Assembly: GCA_001643675.2 (NCBI GenBank)
Contig: LSRY02000057.1
Coordinates: forward strand, 460,288 to 524,287
DNA from: Monocercomonoides exilis PA203
Taxonomy: Eukaryota; Protista; Preaxostyla
DNA: 64,000 bases
Reading direction: 5' to 3'
How positions within the stretch are numbered: position 1 is the first letter of the stretch; every line of letters begins with the position of its first letter. Positions 1 to 13,400 of the stretch are shown here, one piece after another. A program made the translations under genes and the position numbers. A model generated the notes under the pieces. It worked only from the letters and a program-made list of their open reading frames with translations. It did no database searches and was not told the DNA's origin.

Positions 1-115
1 AAAAATTTTAATGATTAAATACAATAATTTTGTATTTATAAAAATGAATACAATAAAAGCAACATTCAAAAATAGAACAACAGAGTAAAGAAAATTTGTA
101 TGTTCTCATGCAAAC

Positions 116-1272
116 GTTGTGTTTTTCATCGTTTCTGAGAGTTTTGTGAGTGTGTGTTCTAAAAGAAGTAGATCTTCTCGAACAATTTCTGAATCTTGAG
201 TTTCATGATGAGAATCAAGATCGATCTGTCCCCAATAAACATCAATTAGCATAGTATTTGAATGAAATGTATCTGATATTATCTGTTTACAATCAGCAGG
301 TTTATCGGAATCAATTTCTGATTTTGAAGAATCTGATATTTGTGAAATATCTTTTAAGGTCGGTTCAACAATTTCAGTTTGTTTGACCTTAACATTTTGA
401 GGACATAATTGTTCAATGATATTAACAACTTCTCCAAAAGAGCTGAATTCATGGAACGAAGGTTGGGCGTAAAAGATTCCGCATGAGAGATTTTTTGTTG
501 CGCTGTCAGAATTTGGTTCAACATCCGAAGATAATGTTGAAGTGGAAGAACAGAACAAGCTTTCATCATCAAATTTTTTCTTCTCAGAAATTTTATGGTA
601 TCCAATCTGGGGGTTGAACACATCTTGAGGAGTTATGTAGGCAGTTGAATCAGGAAGGATGTTATAATGCTGCCAAATTTCTTCGTCCAATATTCCAAGT
701 TCCTTACAATCAGTAACAAAACCAAAAATATGCACATAATACGTACCAAGCAAAAATAAACAAATGGACAAACATTGCAACTCTTTTTTGATCTAAAATC
801 TGACATTGTGAAAGGCTGAATGAGCCGGTCATGCTTTTTGAGATATGTTCTTCCAAGTATCCCATGTTCTGATGGATACAATCCTGTATAAAACGATGTT
901 AAACAACTTGTTGTAGTAGAAGGAAAGACTTCACATTAAATAGAATTAGTATAACTTTAAATTAAAAAAGAAACTTGCTCTGCATTGCTTTTTAAAATTT
1001 GTTCGAAGAAAAGACGATTCAGGAAGTGTTTTGAGGAGACTCATCCCCAACGCATCCACTAGTATAAAAATGAAAAGTTGAGGAACATCTAAGTTTGCTT
1101 GCTCATTTGAAAATAATTGTGATAATTCTTCAATCTTTGCATTATGAATGGTATTTGAATGGTTGATTTTCGAAACGATAGCATGTGAAATATCTACTAA
1201 AGTCGGTAATGAATAATCATTTGGGGCAAATCCATCCCCAACAATTTCATCTAATAAATCCACTTTTCTCAT
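116..1272 (-). CDS. Alkaline-phosphatase-superfamily nucleotide pyrophosphatase/type I phosphodiesterase; 3' end probably runs off the left edge
   Basis: Exons 1272-975, 928-774 and 702-116 join in frame via GT-AG introns. Motifs: ILVDALG (metal Asp), IFPSTTTSCLTSFYTGLYPSEHGILG (catalytic Thr region), YWGQIDLDSHH. The expected TxDHG motif is not in the window, and a GT donor at 115 suggests a further exon outside it. Confidence 0.85.
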
Positions 1273-1451
1273 TATAAGAAATAAATTTTGGGATAATTAT
1301 TCCTTGCACTTACAGCTATGCTCAAAACAAAACAAAACAAAAAAAATTAATATTAAACAATCAAAAACATTTTAAACAAGCCCGGACTAAAATTGTACGT
1401 AACAAAAATTAAAAACGAAATAATTATTAACTTAAAAAAATATTTAAATTT

Positions 1452-4400
1452 TCATTTAGCTTGTGAAAAAAAATCTTTGTAATAATCTGCAATATCAATT
1501 TCGGATTTAGTGCCTTGAATGACACGAGATATTGCAAGTAATCGAGAAGAAAATGGGTCAAACAATGAAGATGCTTCACTTTTTATTTGCGGGAAATTGA
1601 AGTCATTAATGATTGCAACAAGAACAGACAAAGGAAGCAAAGGAAGTGGGACAATAGACGAAGGGAACAAAGGTGTGGAAAGCATGTGCGAATGGAAAAT
1701 GGTCTGCGGAAGGTAGTCCAATGTTGAGAATGCAGAAGAAATGCTAGAAGCAGCTGAAGAAAATGAAGATGAATTCAAAGAATGAGGGGCTTGAGGTTGA
1801 TGAAGAGATGTCAAATCAAGAGGAGAAGAAAATATAAATGAGGGAGCAGAAGCATTCGATGGAGACATCGATTGAAGAGTAATGACTGAACCATCTGAAT
1901 TTGGTTGAGCTGGCTTTGTGCAAACAAATGGCGCGGAAGGTTGTGATAGCGAATTCAACAAACGGTCTGTTGATGAAGAGCAATTGTTTTCTAAATCTTT
2001 CTCGTTTATTCTGTCTTCTCTCTTCCATTTCTCACTCAGCCACCATATTCTTCTTCTCCTTTCCTTCTCAAACTCTATTTGATTGTTCATGTTCATCAGT
2101 TTGCGATGCATCAGATTTATGAATACGCAATGGGCTTCATCATCGTTTGCAATTCGACGAATCCACCAATCTTCAGTTTCAATTCCATTCTTTTTGTACT
2201 CTGTTCTTGCAAGACTGGACAAAGCTTTTCCTCTTGCTGTGCCATATCCATGCTTTCCTTCAATAATCTTCTTTTTATTCTCATTCCATCGCTCCTGCAA
2301 CAAAGAAAGTCGAGTCTCAATCTTCCTGTTTCGCTCGCTTCGATGCTCGATTTGTATCCTATACATCGGATGGAAGTGTTGATTGCCATCGGTAAAGGAC
2401 AAAGGCTGTGGATGAATAACAATCACTGTGCTAAATCCTAACAGATCAAATAGCAATGATGCAAAAGAGGAAGAAAATGTGGTATTCAGCGAAAGATTAT
2501 CAAAATCCAGTGGTGATGGTTTTGATGGAAGGGATGAAAACACTGAAGAATGGTGATAGAACTGATCAAAAACGATAAATGGTTCAGAATACTCCCACCA
2601 AACAACACATACGCTTGCAGATGGAGAGCAAAGAACTGGAAGAAGAGAAGAGATGTCTGGCTCTGGGAATAATAAGTATTTTGATGAAAGAGAAAGAGAA
2701 GAAGTCGAAGGAAAGCTTTCTGTTGGTACATCACTTGCTGAAAATGATTCAGGTGTTTCAATTATGAGTTGCGATTGATGAGATAGGAAAGGAGCCACAT
2801 GAAATAGAACTTCGTGAAGCGGAGTTATAAATGCAATTCTTGATTCAAATGAAACTCCTTTTATAAGTTTTTGATTTGATTCATCGCTTTCTCTTTCTTC
2901 ACATTCTTTTGCTATTTTCTGTTGATTCACATATTTCTCTCTGTTGTGGATAGACTCCTTCATCAGCTTTCCTTTATCATCAAATACCACATTCTTCGTC
3001 TGCTTCATTTCCCATCCCATTCCTCGCACAAACCATGCAAACTCCTTTGTGGGCGTCTTTTCTTCCATCACAGCACGCAGTTCAGCCAGTGATTCAGGAT
3101 CAACACCAAAGAGATATCCATAAATAATATTCAGAGATGCGTACAACTGATCACGAGCTGAATTTACTGAAGAAGAGTTGGACGAACTTCCATTTGAATT
3201 ATTCTCTTCTGAAACGCTTTTTGTATGTGTTAAATCTGCACCGAAAGATTTTTTGGTTTTTTTAGTATTGTCGCGATAATTCATTCTTCCTCTTTTAATC
3301 GTATCTTTCCCAACGAAAAACACAGCCACTTCGTCTCTTTTCTTCAGATTTAGCGTATCCAAAAATGTTAGAATATCTTCCAAAGAATCGACAAATTGAT
3401 TATTTGAATCTGTTTTTGTTGTTTTAGTTGTTGATAAGCCATCACAAACATCTGCTTTCGAAGGTTTCGAAGAAATCTCTGATGATTTCAATGTTAATGC
3501 GGATGCCTGAGAAGGATATCTTTCTTCCAAAGCAATATTTGAAATATTATTTTTCTCAAACTTTCTCTTTTGCTCATCAATTCTTTTCTTCACAATTTTT
3601 CTATTCAACCTTGTCAATGAAGATGTGAACAAAGGATTAACAAGGCAAAGCTCGCTTATCAGTTTTCGTGTAGAAGAAAGATATAAATGTGTCTGATAAT
3701 CAAACAAACGATGAAACGCATGCATAGGCTTTTTAATTGAATACTCGATTGTTGAATTAGACGGAACAGAAGGTGAGTGAACCTGCAATTGAATTTGTTC
3801 GTCATTTGATGAAATGAAGCGATTTGGAAAAAGTTGCGATTGATAATGTTGAGAAGGAGAGGATTGATCTTTTAAAAGCAATTCACCTTGTTTAATTGTT
3901 GTAGGTTGGATCTTTTCGACATCTTCTTTCTCAAATTCTGTTTCATTCTTGAAGTTTATTGAGTGAGCTGTTTCGTAGCTATTCTCTTTATCAAAAGATG
4001 TTTCTTTATCATTTAATATAACGTTTTCTTTCCCGCTATTTTCATCTGCAATTTCAGCTAATTTTACATCATCCGTCTCACTTTCATCAGTGTCTTCGTT
4101 TGATGACAACGAGGAAATTGATTCTTGTTCCTCTGTATCGCTATCTTTTGAGTCATTTTCGCATAAATCTGATTTGTTGGTATCTTTCTCAGCAATTTCA
4201 GCAAAACAATCGGCTCCACTTTGGACTTCTGCTGGCAATTTTTCCATTCCATAATTTTTCCTCTCGCGTTCAATTTCTGCCTCCATTCTTTCGATTTCTT
4301 CTTCTTGTTGTTTGAATGCTTCCTCGATTAATCTTCTCTTCTCTCTCACTGTCTTCTTTTTCGACAATGGAAATGGCACTTCAATGTCGAGTGTTTCATC

Positions 4401-7400
4401 CATTGAAACAAGAAGCGTTTGGAGATTTCCATAAGCCCCCCGCAGATTTTGTGGTGTTTCGTGCTTTGAAGGAAGTTCTGTTGATATCATGTTTTCATAA
4501 TTTTCGCAATTCTCTTCCATGTCTTTATCATTCATCTTTTCTTGTTCACTCAACGTAATGTGAGGTTTTTCAGCCATGGAATTTGTTGCTGCATTTGAAA
4601 ATGATCGAGCAATTTCATCAAATAAAGGCATGTCTCTAAAATGTTGGAGACATTTTGTCTCCATTGTTTTATCTGTTGAAAAGTTTGATGCTTCGATTTC
4701 TTTTTCATCTTTGTTTATTTGATATTCATCAGGTTGAATCATTTGATTTCCATTAGAATCATATCTGTCTTTCTCATTACTGGAAGCATCAAAGCCATCT
4801 TCATCCTTCTTTTCGATGTACTCTGCAACTTTTTCAGGGCATTTTTCAATTGTCTCTTGCCATTGCAATTCGCTCTCTCTCACACGATTGATTCGGCTTT
4901 CCCAATCTTCGTCATGTTGCTGCCTTAGCATCTCTTGATATGCCATTCTTTCATCGTATCTCCTTTTTGCTTCCTCTTCTTCTTCTTTTTTTCTTTCCTT
5001 CTCTTTTATTCTCATCAACCGTCGATTCTTTTTGTTTCTACGTTCAGTTTTCAATGCTTTATTTGCACGTTTTCTGTGTTTGTCTTCTTCACTTTCCACA
5101 TCCTTTCTAATACTCCTTTTCATTTGCATTATATCTTCGTGAATTGATAACATGCAATCGAACATTATTGGTTTTGCGTTTGGCTTCTTTTCAGTTGAAG
5201 CTAAAGATTGTGAACGAAGATCTGTTGATGACAAAGGCTCAGGAGAATTTAATGAATCTGACTGACAACGATCAGTTATTTCAATTGTGTCATTCACATT
5301 TAACTGATTACCACTTCCTTTTCCTTCGCATTCGGTTAATTTACCATCATTTTCCTCCAAAGAATCGTTAGAGAAAACCTCGATTTGCTTTTTCAATTGC
5401 AGCTGAAGCGTTAATGCTTCAGTAGATGCCTTTAATTCTGGAGGAAGATTGAAAGCTTCATGTTCACTTGCTGAATCAAGTTCACTTGAAGCAATACTTT
5501 CATCTTGTCCATATCCATTTATTTCTGAAACTTTTACAATATTCTCAGTGATTTTTGATTCGGATTTTTGAGGGAGATTTGCCTTTGAAGGGGAAATCCT
5601 TGAGACAGATGACACAGTTGGAGTTTCATGCCTAATTGTTGCAGGGTTGTCAAAGTTCACAGGAGAGAAATCCCAGGCATGTCTTCCAGCAACATCTCTT
5701 ATTATCAATCGAGTAACATGCCGCTGTTTTTTCGTTTTTTCGTTTTTAATATTATTGTCTAATAAAGAAGCATTTTCATCAAATACCAAATCAGAAACGG
5801 ATATGATTGATTCATCTCCCAAAGAAAAGTGCAAAGTTCTGAGAACTTTTGACGGGTTGCCCGAAAGTGTAGAACGGGCAGAGCTTGAGAGATAGGATTT
5901 GCTATCCATTCCAAACGAAAACAAGCCAAACGGCCTCCTTTCGCTCAGATTGGTGAACGGATCATCATCAAAGCGAAGCATTTGTTGTGAAGGATAAAAA
6001 AGCAGAGGGATAGAAATCGCATCAAGTCCATCATCAAATGTATAATGTTTGTTCAAACTGTTTGAATACAGCATAATCCTTGCAGCCTGCTCAGAAGGAG
6101 AGTCTTGTGAATTTAATGAATTTTCTTGTTCGCTTTTGTTAATTTCATTCTCTTCATTCAAATTATCCAATGTTGTCGGATGCAAATATCCGCATCCACT
6201 TCCATTCCACACGTTCTCACTGTCATTTGTTGCGGAACTGTTCCACTCTTTTGCCCTGCTCATCGCAACAGTCATGAGCATCCTGCTCAGAAGAGAAATC
6301 GAACGGTCGATTGAATCACCAAGCTGGATGAGCTGCGTAGAAGGATGGTTCATCTTTTCATAAAGCTGATATCGATTGAGTGATGAAGACAACAAGAAAT
6401 CAGTGGAAATAGATTGTGATTGAATATGATGTGACAAAGAGGAATTTTGAGAAAATTCTTGAGAATTTGCATATTCTGATTCGTTTTTGTATTCATTATT
6501 TAACTCTTTGTCTAAATTTATTTCTCTTTCCTGCAAAGGTTTTTGCAGAACATTTGCTTGCGTTGAATTCTCTTGTTCATCATCATCTTTTACATCAGAT
6601 GATGAAAACGGTGAAGTAATAAAATCTCTAGCTCGATCATCGCTTTGCTCTTCAGAATCATTTACAGTTACAGAAATTACAGAATTTTCATCAGCCCCAT
6701 CGACTGTTGAGAAATGAGTGGCAGTTACAATATTTCCTTCAGTTGTTTCATTCTTTTGCAAAGGAATGCAATTATTTTCAATCATTTGTTCATCTACAGA
6801 TTTGGCATGCTCCTTCATGTCATTTCCACGTAATTGCATCTCATCCAGATTTGAAGTGTCTATTTCATTGCCGACAGATATTTTCTCAAAGTCAGCTGAC
6901 AAAGAAGACTCATCACGGATAGGCGAATCGCTTTTATCAACAGGCCAAAAAGAAGATGATTGATCGGTTGTTGGAGAACCTTCATTCGTTGGAGATTGTT
7001 GGGTTTCAGAGGATTGCAAGTCGGTTTCTGCAGAAAAAGTTACCTCGCTCGAATTGTTTCTCTTATGTGCTATTTCAGAGATCTGTGATTGTAAATGCGA
7101 TTGGTCAGCATTTGTGGATGTTTTGTTGATTAATAATGAAGCTAACTCTTCTTGTTTGAGAAGACTTTCAGGTTCGTCTGAAATAGCAGAAGTTAACTGG
7201 ATATCAGAAAACGGAGCTGCTGAAAGCTTCATTGGAAGAGGACGTTGTGAGCTGTTCTCAATCCCTGCTTGCCTCGTCTGAATCAGTGCATTCGATCGAT
7301 GAAGATTAGAAAGTGTGGGTGGAGGCGGAGTTGGTTCTAACCCATCTTCTGATTGTGAAGTTGACATAACAGCATTTATCCCCTGCTCATCTTTCAAGCT

Positions 7401-10400
7401 GTGTCCCTTTTGTTTCGCTTCGTTTTCTGTAATTGCGAGAAAACCGGAATCAGTCAAAGAAGTCTGAGCAACATCAAGTAGGGAAGAAGGCGCTTGTGGA
7501 GAGGCCGATGCAGCATCATTTACAGAAGAATCACTTGCTTCAATATGAGAGGAAGACAATGTGTCAGAAAATGGGCTTGCTTTCACTTTCCGACTGAATG
7601 GCCTTGTGCCAAACGTTGTCTCCTCATCAAAACTGAAAAAGTCGTCAAAAAGCATCAGCCTTTCCTTCACAATATCGTCGTCTTCGCTATTTTCAAGACG
7701 CAGACTATTAATCATATCGCTAGAAAATCCCCTTGTCTTCAATGATTCTTTCAGTGCTTGCAATCTCTTTTTCTTGTGGTGTAATGCTTTTTCTCTGTCT
7801 CTTTGCCTCTTCTCTTTCCCAATTGCCATCACATTCCTTCTCTCTTCTATTGACACACATCTGTGGTAATCCAGCATCTTCGCCTCAACCTTCATTTCTC
7901 TGTCTTCATCTTCAATCACAGAAAACTTATCAAATCCTTCAAAATCAGTGAAAAATACATGTGAAAACGGAGAAAGCGAAGGATATCGAGAAGAAAGTGT
8001 TGGAGTGATGATAAAGGGAGACAAAGACGATGGATTAAAGCTTGAAGAAGGAAGAGAGTGAATCTGTGAAGCCAAAGAAGATGGGGAATTAGATGAGAAT
8101 GGAGTTGAGAGCGTTGACAAAGCCAGCGATGAAGACAGGTTCATTCCAGAAGCGATGAACGGGGATGAAGGCGCGTGGAGAGGCGAGTATTTTGCATTGT
8201 CTGCAATGGCAATGCCATTCAATGAGCGATATGAAACAGTCGGCAGATGATGAACTTGTGAGATGGCTGTGCTGGAAGCAGTGAGTGGTATAGCAGCGAT
8301 TGGCAGTGCAGCCGAAGAGACGGAGGAAGACGAGGTGATTGCTGTGGATGCATTTGAAGGCAGCGCAACAGGCGAAACATCTGTTGTGCTCTGAGGAGAA
8401 ATCAAGTTTGATGAATTGGAAGGAAATTGCGAAGATGGGTCGAAATATGGAGATGTTGAGGCTGTTGAGAAGGAAGAGTAGTTTGAAGGCGAAGGATAGC
8501 CTGGCTGCAATGGCTTGTTCTCCACGTTGGACAAAGACATCGCTTGCTCAAAGATCGCAAAAATAGGCTGTTAATATCAAAAATCAAAAAAAAAAAAAAA
8601 AAAAAAAAAAAAATAAAAAAAAATAAAAATAAAAAAATAAAAAAATAACAACAAAAATGGAAAAAACATTTATTTTATTAATTGAATTTATATTTGAAAT
8701 TAAACAAAAATTAAAAGTATGGCAAAGATAAATATAAAGTCAAAAAATAAAATAGCCAATCGCAGACCTTAATAAACTGCGGAGTCGCGCTCAGCTGTCT
8801 GCAGTTGACCAGCCACTCGCAGGCGCATCTGAGGAAAGCGCACACAATTTCACTCCGAGCACGCTTTGTCATTCCGACTGACACGACGCTCTTCATTGCA
8901 GAGTTGAGAGCCATCATGATGCGGACACAGCGTGAAGGGTCGACTACAAGCAGGAAAGAGGAGAAGAAGGAGAGCTGGGTGAGTGCATTCACAACTGTCA
9001 GGGTAGTGAAGATGTCCCTCAGCTCAATCGACTTCTGCAGAATGTCAAATAGTACAGGCATCACTTCACCTAAATCCAGAGGACTCACTTGCTCTGACTG
9101 AGAATACGAGGAATCTGATTGGTCATTTGAGGAATAAGAAGAACTGAAAGAAGAAGATGTTGAATAAATTTTTGACTGTACGAATGTAGTTTGCTGATGT
9201 GTCATTTCTGTTCCTGGGATCTGTTTACAGTCAGCAGCAATGCTCTTCTCCAGCTGCGTCATCATTTCTCCCCATCTCTCTTCTTTTTCCTTCTCCTTCT
9301 CTTCCATCGTTCGGAGCACCAGTATGTTCATCAGGATGTTCATAACACCCTTCAGCACCAGAATTAGATGTTGTGTTCTGTTTGTTTTTGAGTGGGCTGC
9401 CATATACTCAAATATCTGCCTCTGTGTCTGATGCCACACACTTGATGGAATGGATGACTTGGATGCATTTGACATCATTGCAGAGGTTATACGGGAATCG
9501 TGAATGAACTGACAGGAAGAAGGATCAGACGGATTCAATGGAGAAGAATGAAGTGAAGATTGTGGTTTGGGGGGAGGAGGAACAGGTGGCATAAATGGTG
9601 CAGTACTTTGTTGTTCAGAAGGAGAATTCTCCTTTGAAGAGGAAGAGGAAGTAGAAGGAGATGAATTGGAAGATGCATTTGATACAGTTTCTGAGGAGCA
9701 AGTGCTCACATTCATCCACTGTGATAATCCTGTTGGGAGCATCATCGACATCATCGTCATCTCTCCATCTTCGTCGAGGCTGTGCAGCATCATCATAATC
9801 ATCCTCTCCAACTCTGTTCTCTCCATCGCCTCGCCTTCATCCACCACCTTCCACACAACACTCTGCCCATCCTGTTCAGCTATTAAGCTTTCTTGTTCTT
9901 TCTTTGCCTGCAGCTCCGCTTCTCTCTCCCTCCTCTTCCAAAACAGCACATTCAGTCTTTCCTTCATCTTGTCTCTTTTCTCGCTCTTCCTCGCATTCCA
10001 TCCGTTCCACCCGCACACTCCACAGACAGACACCATCGTCTCCAGTGCGATCAGCCTTGTTGACGAATGGAAGTAAATGAACTCCTTTTGGCACTCTGCA
10101 AAAGAGGGGAGGATGCTCAGAGTGAATGGCAGGTGCCTCTGAAACAGTGGACGAATGAATGGGATGATGTATTCGACACAGCGAAAGTTGCGTGTTCTGA
10201 AGGGCTGCGAAATGCAGTTGAGAGAGCGAGACAAATATTGGATGTTCAATGGCACCTGCTGCGGACGGGCAAGAAGACGGATGATGATAATAAGCGAGAG
10301 AGCACAGGAGTTTGTGTAGCTGATGTGAAATAGAATGAACAAAAATGATAAGAGAATGCAATTAATTACATAAGAATTTAATTTGCAGAATATAAACATT

Positions 10401-13400
10401 TTAAGCGAAATCAAATAAAAAGAATTATCAGAAGATATTATGTATTTGTTGCAAACCCTTTGTTGATCATCTGTTTTTCTTCAAACAAATAACTCCCAAA
10501 CAACGCAAACAAAGTGTTTGAGTCGATGCTCCTTTGCTTCTCTCTCAATTCTCTGCGTCTCTGCACTTCGTGTTGCACAGCTACCATTTTTTCATCACTC
10601 GTCTTGCATCTTTTCCTTCTCCTTCCAACAGCACCACAATTCGTGGAATTTTCATCACTTTCTTCATCACTGCTGTCGTTGCTATCATTATCATCATCTT
10701 CTCCCTCTTCTCCTTCTCCTTCTCCTTCTTCTCCTTCTTTGTTTCCTTTTCCGCTTTCCTCTTTCTCTGCTCCTTCATCGCTCTTCTCATGCTTTTCATC
10801 AACAAAACGTGACTGCGATTGTTCAGAGGCCGCCACTTTTTTCGATGAAGCACTCGAAGACTGCGCAAAAGAAGGAGCAGAAGAGAATGGATTGACTGTC
10901 TGTGTGTGGATGAATGACACACCAGCATGTTCTGAAGGTTGAGAAGTGCCTGAGCTGCCTCCAACAGGCGACGAGGAAGGAGAAGGCAGCTCAGATGAGA
11001 ATGAAGATGCACCCCCAAATGAGAAGGAGACAAAAGGAGAATCCAGAGAAGAAGGATGGTTGGACGAGGCAGACAGAGCAAGAGGAAAAGATGAAGGCGA
11101 TAAAGAGGAGCCTTGCAATGAGCCAATCTCGTTATATCCATTGTCTCCATTGAATGAATTGTCAATTTGTTCTTCAATCTCTCCACTTCCAGCTGAAGAT
11201 GCATCGTTTGCGTGTTGTTCGTTCTGTTGCGTTGTTATTGTTGAATCAGAGTAAATTCTTGTGTCCTTATTCCTTTCTGTTCGTAACGGTGGAATCAATG
11301 AAGCAGATGAAGGAGATTCATCTTCATCGCCATCAGCTTCTTCGGCTGTTTTGTTTGACTGTTCTGATGATATCATTGGAGAAGCAGAAGATTGCGTTGA
11401 TGATGATGATGCAGCTGAAATTGTCACTCTCTCTATGTTTTGTCCTAATGCACTGAGTGGATCATCCTCAGCAACTGTTGTTGTTGCATTTGGCTGATTT
11501 GAAAGTGAAGAGGCAGAAACAGACTTTGGAGGAAGAGGAGGAACAGGAACTGGCTGAGAAGGCACAAAAAGAGGAGAGGAAGAAGAAGAAGAAGATGATG
11601 ATGATGATGATGATGATGATGCACGTTGTGTGCTGTTCACTTCATTCAATGCTGACATTGATAGCAGAGATGTAGCTGGTTGTATGGAAGTGTATCCATC
11701 TGGCTGTTGGGTGGCTGAAGGGGGTGAGAATTCAATCAGAGGCGTCGGCGGGTCGCTGCTCAGCTCTGCCGAGTCGAGCGAGGCAATCAGCGTGGATGTG
11801 GTGGAGATGGCATGATGGCTGGTGTTATTGTTGCTATTGTTATTGTTACCAATGTTATCATCTTTTTCCTTTGAAGACTGATGTTTCCCTTCTTTCGAGT
11901 CAGTCGTGCCTTCTCCGTTGAGTCTGCTGCTGTTTCGCTTCGCTTCATAGATTCTAGTTACATCTGGTTCGTATTTCTTCTTCATCCTCGCCAGTTCGAA
12001 GTCAAAGCAATTGACATCTTGCTGCTGAGAAAGGTCAGAATAAGCATCGCTGCTGATTTCATCTTCAATTCCAATCCATTTGGCAACTGACCGCGCCCTC
12101 TTTGCATTCTCCTCTGCTTTTCGTTGTTCTTGTTCTCTTTCCTGTTCTCTTTCTCTTTCGCTGCGGAAGAAAGAAGAGCGATCACGACTGTCAGAGAAAG
12201 AAGGGGAGTGAGTGATGGTCTGATAAGAAGAAGACGAAGAAGACGATGATGAAATTTGAATGGAAGAATTTGATTGATTTGAGAGAGGCGCAGGCAAAGT
12301 GGAAGAAGACAGTGATAATGTCGATGAAGAAGCAGAAAGAGAGCTCAAACCAGACTGGCTAGCAGATGACAATGAAGAAGATGAAGATGAAGAAGACAAA
12401 GAAGAAGAGGAAGAGGAAGAGGAAGAAGATGATGATGAAGGTGGAGATGAAGAAAATGGCATTCCAGATGAATTAGAAGAGGAGCGCGCATCTCTTCTTC
12501 TTCTGGCTGCTCTCACTTCAGGAACGATCTCCAGTGTTAGATGATCAAATCTCTCGATGTTCCAAAAGCCATTCACTTCTCCATCATTCATCAAGTCTTC
12601 CTCTTCTGTTGTGGAGCCTATTAATAAGTCAATTAATTCGCGTATTGTGCGAATGAAAAGGAAGTGATTTTGTGCTGATAATTGAGAGGAAATGGAAGGA
12701 GAGGCAGAAGATGGCTGGGTGGATGGATTGGATGAGGAAGAGGAAGAAGAAGATGAGGAGGAGGAAAGAGAAGAAGAAGCAGAAGAGGAAGAAGATAAAG
12801 AAGATGTTGAAGCAGAATTTTGTGGAGAAGCAGAAGGAGAAGAAGGAAGAGAGCCAGAGTCGAAGATGTCGATGAGTGACCGCCATTTGAACAGATCTTC
12901 CTGTTGTTTTGTGAAGAAAGTGAATGGAATGCGATAGAATGGATGGAGAGGGGCTGAATTGTAAGTCAGAGGAGCATGCGATGTTGAGTTAGAAGAAGGA
13001 AATGTAGAGTCGTTTGATGATTTTAGAGGAGAAGATGATGGAGAGGAGGAAGAAGAAGAGGAGGAAGATGTGGTGAAAGCATCTGCCAAACGCTTTTGAG
13101 GAGAAAAAGATGATGAAAATCCTCTTTGCAATGAATCTTGTTTGATTTCAGAAGAGTTCATTGATTGATTTTGTGTTAGCTGATTTGGAAGGTTTGATCT
13201 TTGGATGGCTTGAAGAGGTCTGACTGAAGGAGGCGGGGCAGAAGGAGGCGGGGCAGGCACATGTGGCATGAGAGGAGAGGCAGGGCTGCCAACATTTGAA
13301 GCAGGAGATGAAGAATGAGAAAGAGAAGCAGAGGAAGAAGAAGAAGAAGAGGATGAAGAGGAGGAGGAGGATGATGAAGGAGCAGATGTGTCTATCACCA

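Noticed and set aside
929-978. GC-AG intron (GCAAGT donor)
   Set aside because: Only the canonical GT donor at 974 restores the frame (RAIFPSTT).
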